Of a DNA stretch of 61,114 nucleotides, positions 1 to 11,045 are shown piece by piece (position 1 is the stretch's first letter; each line of letters starts with the position of its first letter). Below the pieces are notes generated by a model. That model saw only the letters and a list, made by a program, of their open reading frames with translations. It did no database searches and was not told where the DNA came from. The stretch lies in assembly GCA_040357565.1 (NCBI GenBank), contig JBDODJ010000065.1. One strand, 5' to 3'. Position numbers and translations under genes: made by a program. The stretch is from Cercozoa sp. M6MM (lineage: Eukaryota; Protista; Endomyxa: Ascetosporea).

Positions 1-1
1 G

Positions 2-76
2 GACGAGGAAGCAACTGTCGAAGGACAACTAGCCTCCCAGCAGGCACCGGACCGAGAGGTCCCCGACATAGACTAG
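2..76 (+). CDS. 3' end of an unidentified ORF entering from the left edge (…DEEATVEGQLASQQAPDREVPDID*)
   Basis: Open frame from position 2 to TAG 74-76. Too short to identify; followed directly by a structured region. Confidence 0.3.
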   Translation, partial: DEEATVEGQLASQQAPDREVPDID

Positions 77-560
77 GCCACCACTCACAGCAGTGGTGGC
101 CCTAAGTCTATGTCCGTTTGTTTGTTTTGTTTAGGTATCGAGTGGAGAGACGGGAGGACGACGACGGGACGACCCGACGCCGCCTGCGACGCCTCTCTAC
201 TTGTAGCCCGCTACCTGCACCAACCATGAAGTCGACTTCGATGTCTGGGGAACGTCAAAAGGGGAGCTGTATGGTCCTACCCTAAGCGGGCGGTAGACAC
301 GGCCATGCTCTTGTGACCCACCCCAGACTGGTGCAGGGGAACTACATAGTTGGTTTCCTAGAAGACTCAACTAACTTGTTGTAGGCAATTAAATCAGCCC
401 AAAGGGACGTATTAAGTGCAAAGGGATGAAGCTCCGCAGAAGGAAGCTGTGTAGATGCCTGCAATCAAAGTGCGTGAGCCGCGGAAAGTCTTTACTGCGG
501 AGTGCTGTTTGGTTGCCCACGTCGCATTAGGTAAGTAAAGTGGGAGTTGACATGAATAAT
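65..560 (+). ncRNA. Structured non-coding element, copy A of a dispersed family (ncRNA or 3' region of a mobile element)
   Basis: Perfect inverted repeats 65-74/105-114, 76-85/92-101, 214-222/329-337, 243-250/321-328, 277-281/292-296, 432-439/495-502. Positions 223-351 align with 29236-29358, and 318-375 with the reverse complement of 53708-53754. Confidence 0.5.
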
Positions 561-641
561 GCATGCCTCGTGCACTGCAATACGCAAAAGAAAAACTGAA
601 ATCAGGTTGGATTGAGTCGAGCCCTAGCTAGAGAAGGATGT

Positions 642-1484
642 CTACTCGGCGGCCGCAAGCAGCTTCTCGGCAACATGGCTCTCGAGCTTGAGCACGAGGC
701 CGTCTTCGGTCGGCTTGGGCATCTTGGACACTGCCTGGCCCTGAGCAAGCTTGTGGGCCACGTAGGCGCGGTTGGCGGCGTCAAAGTACGTGTGACGCGG
801 CGGACGGTCCGGGATCTCGATCTGCGTATGTGTGTCGAGGTGCGTGTGACGTTAAAGAAAGGAAGGAAGGAGAGGCAGTACGTTAAAGTAGTTCGCCCAG
901 ACGCGGCGGTAGAAGAGCTCGCCAAACGGGTCGTACGAGAAGGCGTCGCGCGACAGCTCGCAGTCCGGCACGGTGAAGTGGATCTTGCGGTGCATCGTCT
1001 CACTCTCGTGTCGCAGCATCGCGTAGTCCTCCTCCAGCGCCTGTAGTGCATCAGTCGCCCTCTTCCGAGTTCCTTTAATGAAAGAAGCAAACAACGCACC
1101 TGCTTGAGGAAGCTCGGGTCGAGCGACGACCACGAGAGGCTGCGGCCGAGTGCCAGGGAGGCCCAGCCGACACCGAGCGCGCACGGCATCAGCACCCACT
1201 TGATGAAGCGCTCGAAACGGTAGTAGAACGGACGCGACGGGTCGCTTCGCGGCGTGCCGCCTCGGGCCACCGCCGACGCCACAAACGAACGTCGCTGCAC
1301 GCGAGCCTGCGCAACATTGCTTGATCAGTCACAAACGAAAGAAAAAAGAAACAGCATGACCCCATCAAAGCAAAAGCGCAAGCAAAAAAACGCTGTCAGG
1401 GAAATTGGCTGCATGCGTATATCTGCTAGTCAGGGAGAATCGTATGCATCGTACCGCTTGGAACACTGCCTGACGAGCCAGCAT
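642..1484 (-). CDS. Spliced gene for a mitochondrion-targeted single-TM protein (weak NDUFB5-like resemblance)
   Basis: Presequence-like MLARQAVFQA/ARVQRRSFVASAVARGG, then PSRPFYYRFERFIKWVLMPCALGVGW (TM), exons joined by GT-AG introns, ends …EKLLAAAE* at 642-644. Confidence 0.55.
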
Positions 1485-1854
1485 CACTGTCGAGCGTTCG
1501 CCACGCCAAGAAAAAACAACGAGAAAGCCAAGTGCAACTAGCACGCAGACAACTGTCTGTGCGAGCAAGATCAAGTGCACCGCGCTGAGAAGCTGCCACA
1601 CGGCTGCGCTGCACTAGCTGGGCCTCGGGCTCAAGTCGGTCCAGACCGAGCCGAAAATGTACAGACCGTTTTTTTTAACAGCCTGTTCTGGTTCCGGTTC
1701 CTTTTCTGATGCCGGTTCCTTTTCTGCCGGTTCCTGGTTCCAATTTTTGTTTTCCTTTCACTTTTGTGTCTGAGATTAGTAGAGAACCCGACTTCCATAA
1801 TCCCGACGGTAGTGCCACACCAGGTTAACCACTAAACAGAATCTTGTCGATCCA

Positions 1855-3048
1855 ATGGCCGCAAGATCGCCTATCGTTGTGAACAACGAGAGCTCCGACC
1901 AAGCCTTGCAGAGCTTTCGTGATCTGTGCCAGGAGGTCACTGCACTCGCCGATGACGGTCAAAACGTGTCCCTTGTCTTCGACTGTAAATTCAACCGCTG
2001 TTTCTATTTATCCTTGTTCCTGATTGTTCGAATGTGTGCCAGGTGAAGGCAGTGCGCTGGGTCTCCCGCATGGAACGATTGACATGGTGCAACTGTCACT
2101 CTTGAGTCGAAACCTTGATTTCAATGGTGACCTTGGGTAACGTGCGTCCTTTCTTTTCGTAAACTCTTTATTGATTTTTGCCTTGCAGACCCGAAGACAA
2201 CGACGTCTTTCTGGTGGAAGTCGGACAGAACAAACACGGGGATACGCTTGATCGCATTACCGCTCTATTTGAGCACGCTGGCGTTACTTTGTTTGGCTGG
2301 GGTAAGTTTACTCAACATGTAGTAGCCGTTGTTGCCTGAAGTTCTCTGGGAGAGGAGTGAATATGCAGGTCTACGCGCCGACTTCGCGGCACTCAAAACG
2401 CTGATGCGACTGGATGCAAAGTTTGTCGACTTACAGGTAAATTACATTGCTTTCTATTTATTGATACTGGTTTCACGTTCGTGAAAGGAGTCAAAGCACT
2501 TCATAATGTCTGTGCAGGCAATGTTGGCACCAGCACATGTAGACGTGACAACCGAGAAGCGACTCGAGTCGTTGAGCAAATACTGTCAGGGGTGACTTAA
2601 GTTATTTTCAATTAACGTGTGTCAGTGTGCCTGAACGTGACTTTTGCCTCCAGGAACGGAATTCACTCCCACATGGCCTCAAAGAAGCGCGACACTGTAG
2701 CTGAAAACTACATGAAAACTTTGCAGGCCGGTACGTATAAACAGTCAAGTAAGTAAGTTACGATGATGCTTCATGTGTTTCGACGTAGGTGAGTGGCATC
2801 CGAGCCACTGGTACCCTAGTACCCTGAGTGGGGACATGCTCGACTACGCCGCTGACGACATTTCCCTGATTCGTGTAAGACCTCTTTGATTTATCAGTAT
2901 TACCCACAATGCCTTCAGTTCTGCAGTAATTTGTGTGTGATTCCTATTTCAGACTGTGGCAACTCGTATGCTGCCACGTTTCACGGCTTCTCAGTGGCAG
3001 CACTGCATGCAGCGTACCCTGGCGCTTAAGAAACGTGCAGATCTGTAA
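1855..3048 (+). CDS. DEDDy 3'-5' exonuclease (EXD1/WRN-exo-like), stand-alone domain
   Basis: Spliced ExoI VFDCEG, ExoII GWGLRAD, FVDLQ, ExoIII MLDYAADD; about 7 short GT-AG introns; TAA 3046-3048. Confidence 0.85.
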
Positions 3049-3122
3049 GACAACTTCAACTAAATATCTAAATATTTATTGACGGATACCGATACAAATG
3101 ACATTTAGACTGATTATTTACC

Positions 3123-3650
3123 TTAAACAGCGAGTTTATGGTGCATATCCAAATGACCTACTTCGACGAGTACATGGCCAAGTGGCTGTTGTCCCAAACG
3201 CCGGCTGAGTTCGCAAAGAAGACTTATGCGGTACCAACTTGGCCAGGCAAGCCTCTTTGTAAATTGATTTCTTGCTTGTGAAACTGCAGAACCAAATTCC
3301 GCAGCGCTACGGGCGACTGCTTGAGATGTCCGACTTGCTGCGTTACCTTGCCAGCAAGGGCACGGCTGTCTCCAGCACAATCAACACACTTAGCTCGATG
3401 CACACTACGGTAAAATCAGTTTACCCTCATTAGAAGATACTGGGCAGTACGTCTACGTCCGGGTAGAGTCTCAAGTTCAAACGATTCTTGCAGCGTCGCG
3501 GACATACAGGGTAATAAATGCACTCACAGTTGAACATTCATTTTGTCACGTCACACCGTGACTACTTATCATGTTTGACACGGATAGAGCCGCAACTCAG
3601 CTGGACAAGTACGCAACGGCAATGAGAGCCGAGGCGGTGCGACGACGCAT
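3123..3650 (-). CDS. Small hypothetical spliced protein
   Basis: ATG at 3650 (MRRRTASALIAVA) followed by GT donors. Last exon frame is uncertain. Confidence 0.3.
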
Positions 3651-3702
3651 TATTTAAGTTTAGACGTACCGCGTCACTCACAGGAAAGGTCTTCGAGTCG
3701 TC

Positions 3703-6142
3703 TCATTCTTCCGGTGTCTCTTGACTTTCGTGTGCACCGTTTGACCCGTTGAGTGCGAACGCATTGTACCCAGTGACGGTGTCAAGGAAGGCACACAGTA
3801 GAACATCGATGTCGATCATCTGATTGCACCATACATATACCGTACCGCACTATAATACTCAGTGTACGAGGTACTAAAGGTACATACCGTGAGATCGCTA
3901 AAAACCGCCTTGAGCGACGCATCGTCGCTGCACTGCAGTGCCAGTGTTTCATGTGCCGAAAAGATTGCCGCAGCCTAATGCAGAACTTTAAAACTCGAAC
4001 AGAGCGAGAGAAAGTTGCAAAAGTCTGTAAGTTAATAATAATTACCAAAGCAACAAGCGGCTGCAAGGAGTCAAAGCCGAGGCACAAGTCCCACACTCTC
4101 AGTGTCTGTGCCGGCCGAAGCACTCCTTCGTATCCGGCAAACAAACAGTAGCACCACTGATTTAAGCTCGAACGGTGATACCTGCGAAAGCACTGAAGAT
4201 CCAAGGGAAGACGATCTGCGTTGGATGCACTCCGTGTGAAATGCAGTGTGTGTACGCTGAACAAAAAATGCATCCAACGCCGATACAGATTACTGTTTGT
4301 TGCTCGGTACATTTACAAAGTTCCCCCAGGGTGAATTACCCGAGGAAGCGCAGTGGTATGCAATCTCTTCAAACTGCAAGCACAGTCGCAAGATGCTATC
4401 GCGGCACGTCGAGATCAGATGAAGTCGGCAAAAGTACTCGACGTACAGCTCGCGAAAGCACTGTACTCGCACACACTGTCACTGATAAGATGGCTTTGAC
4501 CACTGACAGAGGAAAGAACGAACCCTGTAGATATCGCGTGTGTTTTCGCCGAACACATAGCACAGTGGCGCGACCAGAGTCTACAACACGACACTAATTC
4601 CCTTATATTGCATGTTAGGTTGAGTTTGGTCTATTGCGCAGATTGTATGTACTCTTCACAAACATACGCACATGGAATGAAACGCAATGACGCCGCTCGG
4701 TGGCACGTGACACGGTTGTTGCGATGGTGCCCGTATCAGTGGTGCTGAGGAGACTAAGACATGGTAAAGTCTAACAACGTACAACGTGGAGTACCAGTCA
4801 GCGGGGCAGTTGTCACGCGAAGAGGAGTGCGTTCGGCGATGCTTTCGTCGTGAGAGAAACACAACACCGTTTGTGCAACTTGATTCTCAAACACAAAGTA
4901 GTCCGGCATGTCGAGTGTCGCATGCAAGTCGCTGAGTGTTAGAACATCGCAACACAGCTCCCTGCTCCCAAAAGACAATGACACCAGACGCGAGAAAGCC
5001 ATCGTACAATACAATACCAATTTGCAACGCGCTCGCACAGCTCCGAGAAGCTCAACGACTTGGCCTTATCGTTTTTGGTGTCCGTTTGATTGTTAATGTC
5101 AAGCAACTTTGCCCACAGTGTCTTGCGGTAAACGGCAACTTGAGGTGCGCCACCACAGAGAAGCAGCCTGATTTCGCCGATGCCAGCTTCGGACTCGAGG
5201 AATTGAGGCGCCTTGTCGCCTTGCAGTTGCGATCGGTGTACCCTCATCCACAAGTCCTTTCAAAGCATTCGGTAGCACTGATTGATTCGCAGCATTGAAG
5301 TATGAGGTGGTGTTCAGTACAGCTTCATCGCGTGCCTCGAGGTAGTACTGGCCGAAGCTCGCCCATAAGTTCTGCCACGGTGTCAGTTCGCTCGAACTCT
5401 GGGTAGCGTTTCGCGACTTTGCCAAATCTGCAGCAGTGAGATTGAAGAACGACCGCGCATTCCTTTGACGACTCGCATTGCCACTGCTCCGTCGCTCGCA
5501 ATCCGATTCAACAGTGTCCGGACGCAACTCCAGCAATGCTCGTATCACGTCATGCGACGAATAGGCAAAGTTGCGTTGTCTCAAACAAGCGAGCGTGTCT
5601 TGCGGTGACTGCAAGCACTGTGTTTGCCTGTGTCTGTAGAAAAGAAAGAACTGAATGCGACTATACACACCGTAGTTCGCACTTGTAGAAGTGGTTTCTT
5701 CTTCGCTGCCGCGAAGGAACGAATCTACGTGTGTGCCAATGAGCAAGTGTGGGATGAGTGAACTCGTACTTGAAAACGAAGTCTTGTGTCCCATGATAAC
5801 CTTGCTCGCGCAACAAACGGGAATTCGTCCTCAAACGGGTACTCCAGAAAACCGTCTCGATTGCTTCCAGATGACTCATCACTCGCTACCTTCAGGCCGT
5901 CTTCCTCTTCGACATTTGGACAGCGGTTTTGGAGCCGTTCTGCCTGTCTGCGCTTTTCTCGGTGGTTGCGATATGCTGCAAACTCGCTTGTCATTGCCGA
6001 GTTGCACAGCCGTGCCAGTATGCGTTGTAGCAAGATCGCTGGTACTCTGAAAGTGCCCAACTACCGCAGAGCATGGTGGTAAATTTATATGTAAATTTAC
6101 GTGATTTTGCTCACTCCGCGCGGACTCGAATAAATATGGCAT
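3703..6142 (-). CDS. TBC1D19: TBC1 domain family member 19-like Rab-GAP
   Basis: Exons PPSGVIAFH, CFRELYVEYFCRLHLIS, FAGYEGVLRPAQTLRVWDLCLGFDSLQPLVAL and AVFSDL match the TBC1D19 C-terminal blocks. Confidence 0.85.
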
Positions 6143-6225
6143 GTTTGATTGAACGGCACAGTCCCTGATTGATATCTAGTTCCGTAGATTTTGGCCGACA
6201 CGAAAGCTCGGAACTGTACTTATAC

Positions 6226-7651
6226 ATGCAAGGATCGCAGCGGTACTCCACGGGAGAAGCGCATCGCCGAAGGAAAAACTCCTTGTCTCCCGCGTCTCTT
6301 AACGTCGCTGTGGTGTGTGCTGCTCTACAAGATCACGCAGTCAGGAAGAGCAACAAACTTCCAGCTTCGCGCGACCCGCGTCGACATTTGACTCTTGCAC
6401 AGGCAAGTTGTGGTTTTCGAACCGAGACATTCATATTTGAGCCGCGAAATGTAGAAACTGAACTTGGTTAAACGGCCTCCTACCCCACTAAGCGAAGAGA
6501 AATGGCTCTCGCTGCGTCAACAAGCAATCGAAAGGCAGTACTATGACAGACCCTGCGTGATATGCCACCAGCCATTCCAGAAGCGAAAGCAAGCGGTACT
6601 CTCGTGTGGGCACGTCTTCCACGTCAAGTGCATTGTCTCCTTTGAACGGTTTAGTCGAACCCGTCAGTGCCCTCTATGCCGCGTTGAAGACTATGAACGC
6701 ATACAAGTATTTGCAGTTTGCACTTGAGTTCAGTTGTCACCTCATTCATAGTGCGAAGACGGCAAGAAACTGTGGCAGCACAAGGCAGCAGTGACAGTGC
6801 AAGCATGCTTCCGTGGCCGCCGGTGTCGCCAGGAAACGTTAAGGCTGTTACGGAGTGACCCGAAGTCCATCCTGTGCTACTCCCATTTAATGCGTTCGCT
6901 TGAACTTCGAACTGCTGCATACGAAGTTGTGCGTCTGGAGATGCGTCGGAAACAATCGTTCAACGAGGTGCTTGCCCATGCCAGTGCGGCAATGAAAGCT
7001 GCGCGAACGATGCGAGAACGCGTCGCTGAACGGGACGCGAAAAAGACAGAAGCGAAGAGGAGTGAGCCGTCACCACAATGTCGCATGAGTATGCGCAAAC
7101 AAGAAAAGTGGGGCAAGGTGCTGCAAAAGTACCAAACGCGTGCCGAACAGCACGAAAAGGATATGCTCAAGCACGAAGTCTGCTGTTCAGACAGCGATAG
7201 CAGCGGTGACGACTCGGATTTTGAGGCATACAGCTGTGCTATCTGCCTCGAATCGGTCGCAATCGGGGTGGTTCAGCAGCTACTCGGCGAGGCGACGACG
7301 GCTATTCCCGAGAACCCTCGTCCTGTTGCATTGCTTTCCTGTGCTCATGCCTTCCATGCGCGGTACGCTCCTCTCTTTAGTGTTACACGCGGTTTTCAAC
7401 AAACCCGATATTGGTGCGACAGCTGCATCGATAGCTTCGAGCGATTCCAGCGTCCCTCGCGTGTCGCTATCGGCAGTTGGGAGCAAGCCATCGCGCACAG
7501 CCATCGCCCTCTTCGTTGCCCACTGGTACAGTCCCTGTGTTTGTTTGCAAAATAAGCCACACTCTGCAGTTTCCGGCAACGTATGTTTTTTATTTAGTGC
7601 CGGCAACGCTATCAGAAACTGGTTGCCGGGGTTTCGACATTTGATCAATGA
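6226..7651 (+). CDS. RNF32: RING finger protein 32-like (RING-IQ-RING)
   Basis: AALQDH, LTLAQ/KLNLVKRPPTPLSEEKW, RING CVICHQPF…SCGHVFHVKCIVSFERF…CPLCR, IQ-like VQACFRGRRCR, second RING CAICL…SCAHAFH…CPL/CRQRY. Confidence 0.9.
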
Positions 7652-7803
7652 GGCTGCCGGGGAGACCGTTCATGTAGACTACACTGCGCTGACAGTGATC
7701 ATGACCTTCGCCTTTCCGTCAGTTTGTCTAGTAGCTATAACCGTAGTGTCCCGAAACTGAACTACTGTACGTCCGGTCCCCGCCGCGCCCGGGATCATTT
7801 TGC

Positions 7804-8468
7804 TCACTTCATCGCACTCACCATCGCATCGATAACGTCGACGTTGTCGCGAATGAAGTCCCACTGCTCCTCGGTAAAGGAGCAGCCCTTGCTGCCATTC
7901 TTGGGTTCGCCAGTCTGCTTGTCCTCGTAGTACTGACTGAAGCGCACCAACTCTGTACACATAAATTTACACACGTAGTACAGTACATGTCGACATCACA
8001 GAAAAGAACTAAGCAGTACTCTTTCCGCGGAACTTTGACACCTGGACCCACTTCATCGTGCCTTTGTCAGACACGACAAGACAGTAGGTGTCGTCCCGCT
8101 TGTACTGAAGAAGCAAAAGCGGAGTCCATTTGAGACACACCGCACTGCGTGGAACGAGGGCCAGTGTGTACCTTGGCCACATCAATCTTCTTGCGGGCCT
8201 TCTTCTTTGCGGGCTCTTCGGCTTCAGCCTCTGCCTCATCTTCATCGCTCGGAGTCTGTGCAATCAAGGTTTTTCCTAAATTCTCGCCCCAGTTCCATGC
8301 ACACTGGATACCGGTTGGCGGCGCTTGTTCTTCTTTTGACCGGGTTCGTCTTCCCACTGCGGCTCCTCGAGATCCTCCGGTGTCACTATTGCACACAGCA
8401 AAGTGCAAAACCCCACCCCCCAGCAACCATAGAAAAGGAAATGTACGTCTCTCTTCCTCGGCACTCAT
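7804..8468 (-). CDS. SUB1: Transcriptional coactivator p15/PC4 (Sub1) family ssDNA-binding protein
   Basis: Acidic/basic N-terminus, then KWVQVSKFRGK/…VRFSQYYEDKQTGEPKNGSKGCSFTEEQWDFIRDNVDVIDAMV, the PC4 domain pattern. Confidence 0.85.
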
Positions 8469-8794
8469 TATAGATACTGTTTTCCCAGAAGCAAAACTGG
8501 ATTGAAGTATTTTCCCACTTTTGCTCTTATCGATCAGTCGGTTGAAACGAATTCGAAGTGAAGTTATCCGGACAGCTGCTCTACGCGCCGGCGCCGCTGG
8601 AAAATGATAGAGAAAAGGGCGGGAGTATTAAACCCGTACAAAAAATGTACGAAAGTCGAAAATAATCGATTAAAAGAAAAGCAAAAAATTCAGCTGCTGA
8701 CTGTTTTGACGTGTGTATACTGTGATCGGAGTGCATTTTAGCGTGGAAAAGCCTGGTTCTGGCGTGTAGCCTTCGGCCTTTGTCTGTTGGCGTC

Positions 8795-10945
8795 ATGTCG
8801 TTGGGTCAATTTCCTGGCGCGTTTCTGTCGTTTGACTTTGACCACATGTTGCAAGGTGATATCGCCAGATGGCACATGAGGCTTACAGAGTCACCAGTGG
8901 GCGTTCTGCTACTTGAACGGTGCCGCAGTGCTGCCGGAGTTTTGCGACGACGCAGTGACTTTTTGCTTCGCTTTTTGGAGTTCCACATTAAGTCTGGCGA
9001 AGTCGTTGCAATCAACGGAGCACGTGATGGCGGCGAAGACTTGAATTCAGAAGACGAATATCATTTTGATTACTCGCAAATGGTGACGTTTGGCGCCAAT
9101 ATTGCATTACTCCTGGGAGGAATCTACCTGGTACTGTACTACTGACTGACTGCGAGTAGAAAGTAATACTTTTTTGTGTTCAGTTGCTGCGACCAAGACA
9201 AGCTCTTCGACGAATCTCGGCACTTTCATTGTTCACCTTGCTGTTTGGACTGCTGCTGGATGCTTCAAGACCGGTGATTGCCTTGATTTCTGCTGTACGG
9301 TCGGAAGAGGACATGTGAGTTATGTGCTGGTTGCACATGTGCGATCCTTTATATGTTTCATTTGTGGGAGTAGTGAAAGCTGGCGTTCCTTGCTGTGTCT
9401 GGGAGATGTCGTTGTATGTGCTTTGATTGCTCTCGGTGTAACCACCATGCTTCGCAAGAGTCTCGATTCTCTCGGCCGATCTCTGGTACGCTTCCCTGTG
9501 TGTGTCTTTCTGTGAGAAAGAAATGTCCCGTGTTTCAGGTGCTCATGTGCGCCGCATCGCTTGCTGCACTGACGTTTCCACTGCTTGCGCGTTTGGTCGA
9601 CACCACATCGCAGTGCTGGCAACAGCTGCCGTTCCAGTGGCTGGAGTGCGCACGCTGCACCCTTGTGCAACTACAAAAACACAGTCTGTTCATGTCGGAG
9701 TTTGAGCGTGCTGAATCCTCGTTCCTTTCGTCGGTTTCGCTGCCGATTTTGACGCTGTCGCCGCTGTCCTCGCTGCCGTCCAAAGCGGCAGTTCTTGTGC
9801 CGCACGCACTCGCGATCGCGTTGGTGTGGAAACTCACTCGTCGTGCTCCTGGCCTCTTGATGACGCTGTGGATTCTTATCGCACTTGCGGCTGGTCGCGT
9901 GTATCTGCATGTTCCATTACTGGCTGATTTTGGTACCGATTTAGCTTGGAACAGTTCAAGAGCAGAGTGTATGATGCTTGTGATGGACAGGTGCCAGACT
10001 AGAAGAACTGGCGACGGCAACAGCAAGCACGCTCGGCACAGGTCCGGTCGGTCTTGTGTGGCACACCATGGTACAGATTACATCTCCGCACATATGTCCT
10101 TGTGTTTGCGATTATCTGTGTCAATCTAGACTGCGATGGAGTTGCTTGAGTCTGTCTGGACGTTGCTCGTGGTATCTCCTTCTTTGTGTACACGATCGTT
10201 CCATCGATGTGTGTGCGTGCCCAGCTGGGCTTGGCTCATAGTCGACGGAAACTGCTGTGGAAGCGTTTCCAGTCGCTGCTGGCGACACTACTGGTCTGCA
10301 TGGTTCCTTTTGGGTTTAAACTCGCATGTGTGTGCTGGTGTTTCAGGGCGCTCTCTTCGTGGCAACCTCGCTGTCGCTTCTGGCGAATCCGAGCTTTGCG
10401 CCCGATGAGGAGTACGGCACCTCTGCACCTTCCCTGACTCAGAGCGGTGTGATGGTTTGCTGTTTGCAGAGACGAGCGGATGAGACGAAAGTTCTTCCTG
10501 GCCAATGCTGCTGCAGCGCTGTTCTGCGCGTGGCTGTGCGCGCGAGTCGGCCCTCCTGCTGCCTCTTCCCAAAAACATCGCTACGTCCTCAGATCGGTTT
10601 TACCTCCTCTCGAACAGTGCACATGGTGTGCCAAGAATACAATGTGCCTGTTTTGCACTTTAGAAGCACAAACGAACTCTGCGCACAGTGGACTTAGACT
10701 CCTCAATCGACAGCAACTGCCCTTCTTCGCCCGATTGACATACATTTTGAATTGGAAGAACCACAACTGAACTACGATCTTTCCACTGTGCTGCTGAGTG
10801 CAGCTGTCCAACGCCTAGTAATACAGCTGGCACTTAAGCTTTCTGCTTTGCTTTGCTCGGCAGTATTGATTAAGGGTGCGCGAAGTGAGTACGACGATCG
10901 ATTGTTGAGTGGGGTCTTGTGCTCTGCATACACACAGGGCGCTAG
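8795..10945 (+). CDS. Multi-pass membrane protein of unknown function
   Basis: ATG 8795 with a long first exon, then many hydrophobic exons separated by short GT-AG introns. 3' end uncertain. Confidence 0.5.
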
Positions 10946-11045
10946 TGTGGGGTTGCTCTAGTTGTAAAGGAGGGATTCTTGTCAAGTTTACGGCTGATTG
11001 CCTCTTGTCAATTATACGACCGTGGCGAGGAGAAACCGTAGCACC

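Noticed and set aside
277-286. CTACCCTAAG / CCACCCTAAAC as a telomerase RNA template
   Set aside because: Not 1.5 copies of a consistent repeat, differs between copies, and is half buried in a stem.
223-351. Hammerhead or HDV ribozyme assignment for the structured module
   Set aside because: No CUGANGA/GAAA core and no HDV nested pseudoknot recognisable on either strand.
482-492. GGAAAGTC resembling RNase P/MRP CR-I
   Set aside because: No matching CR-V or P4 partner found downstream.
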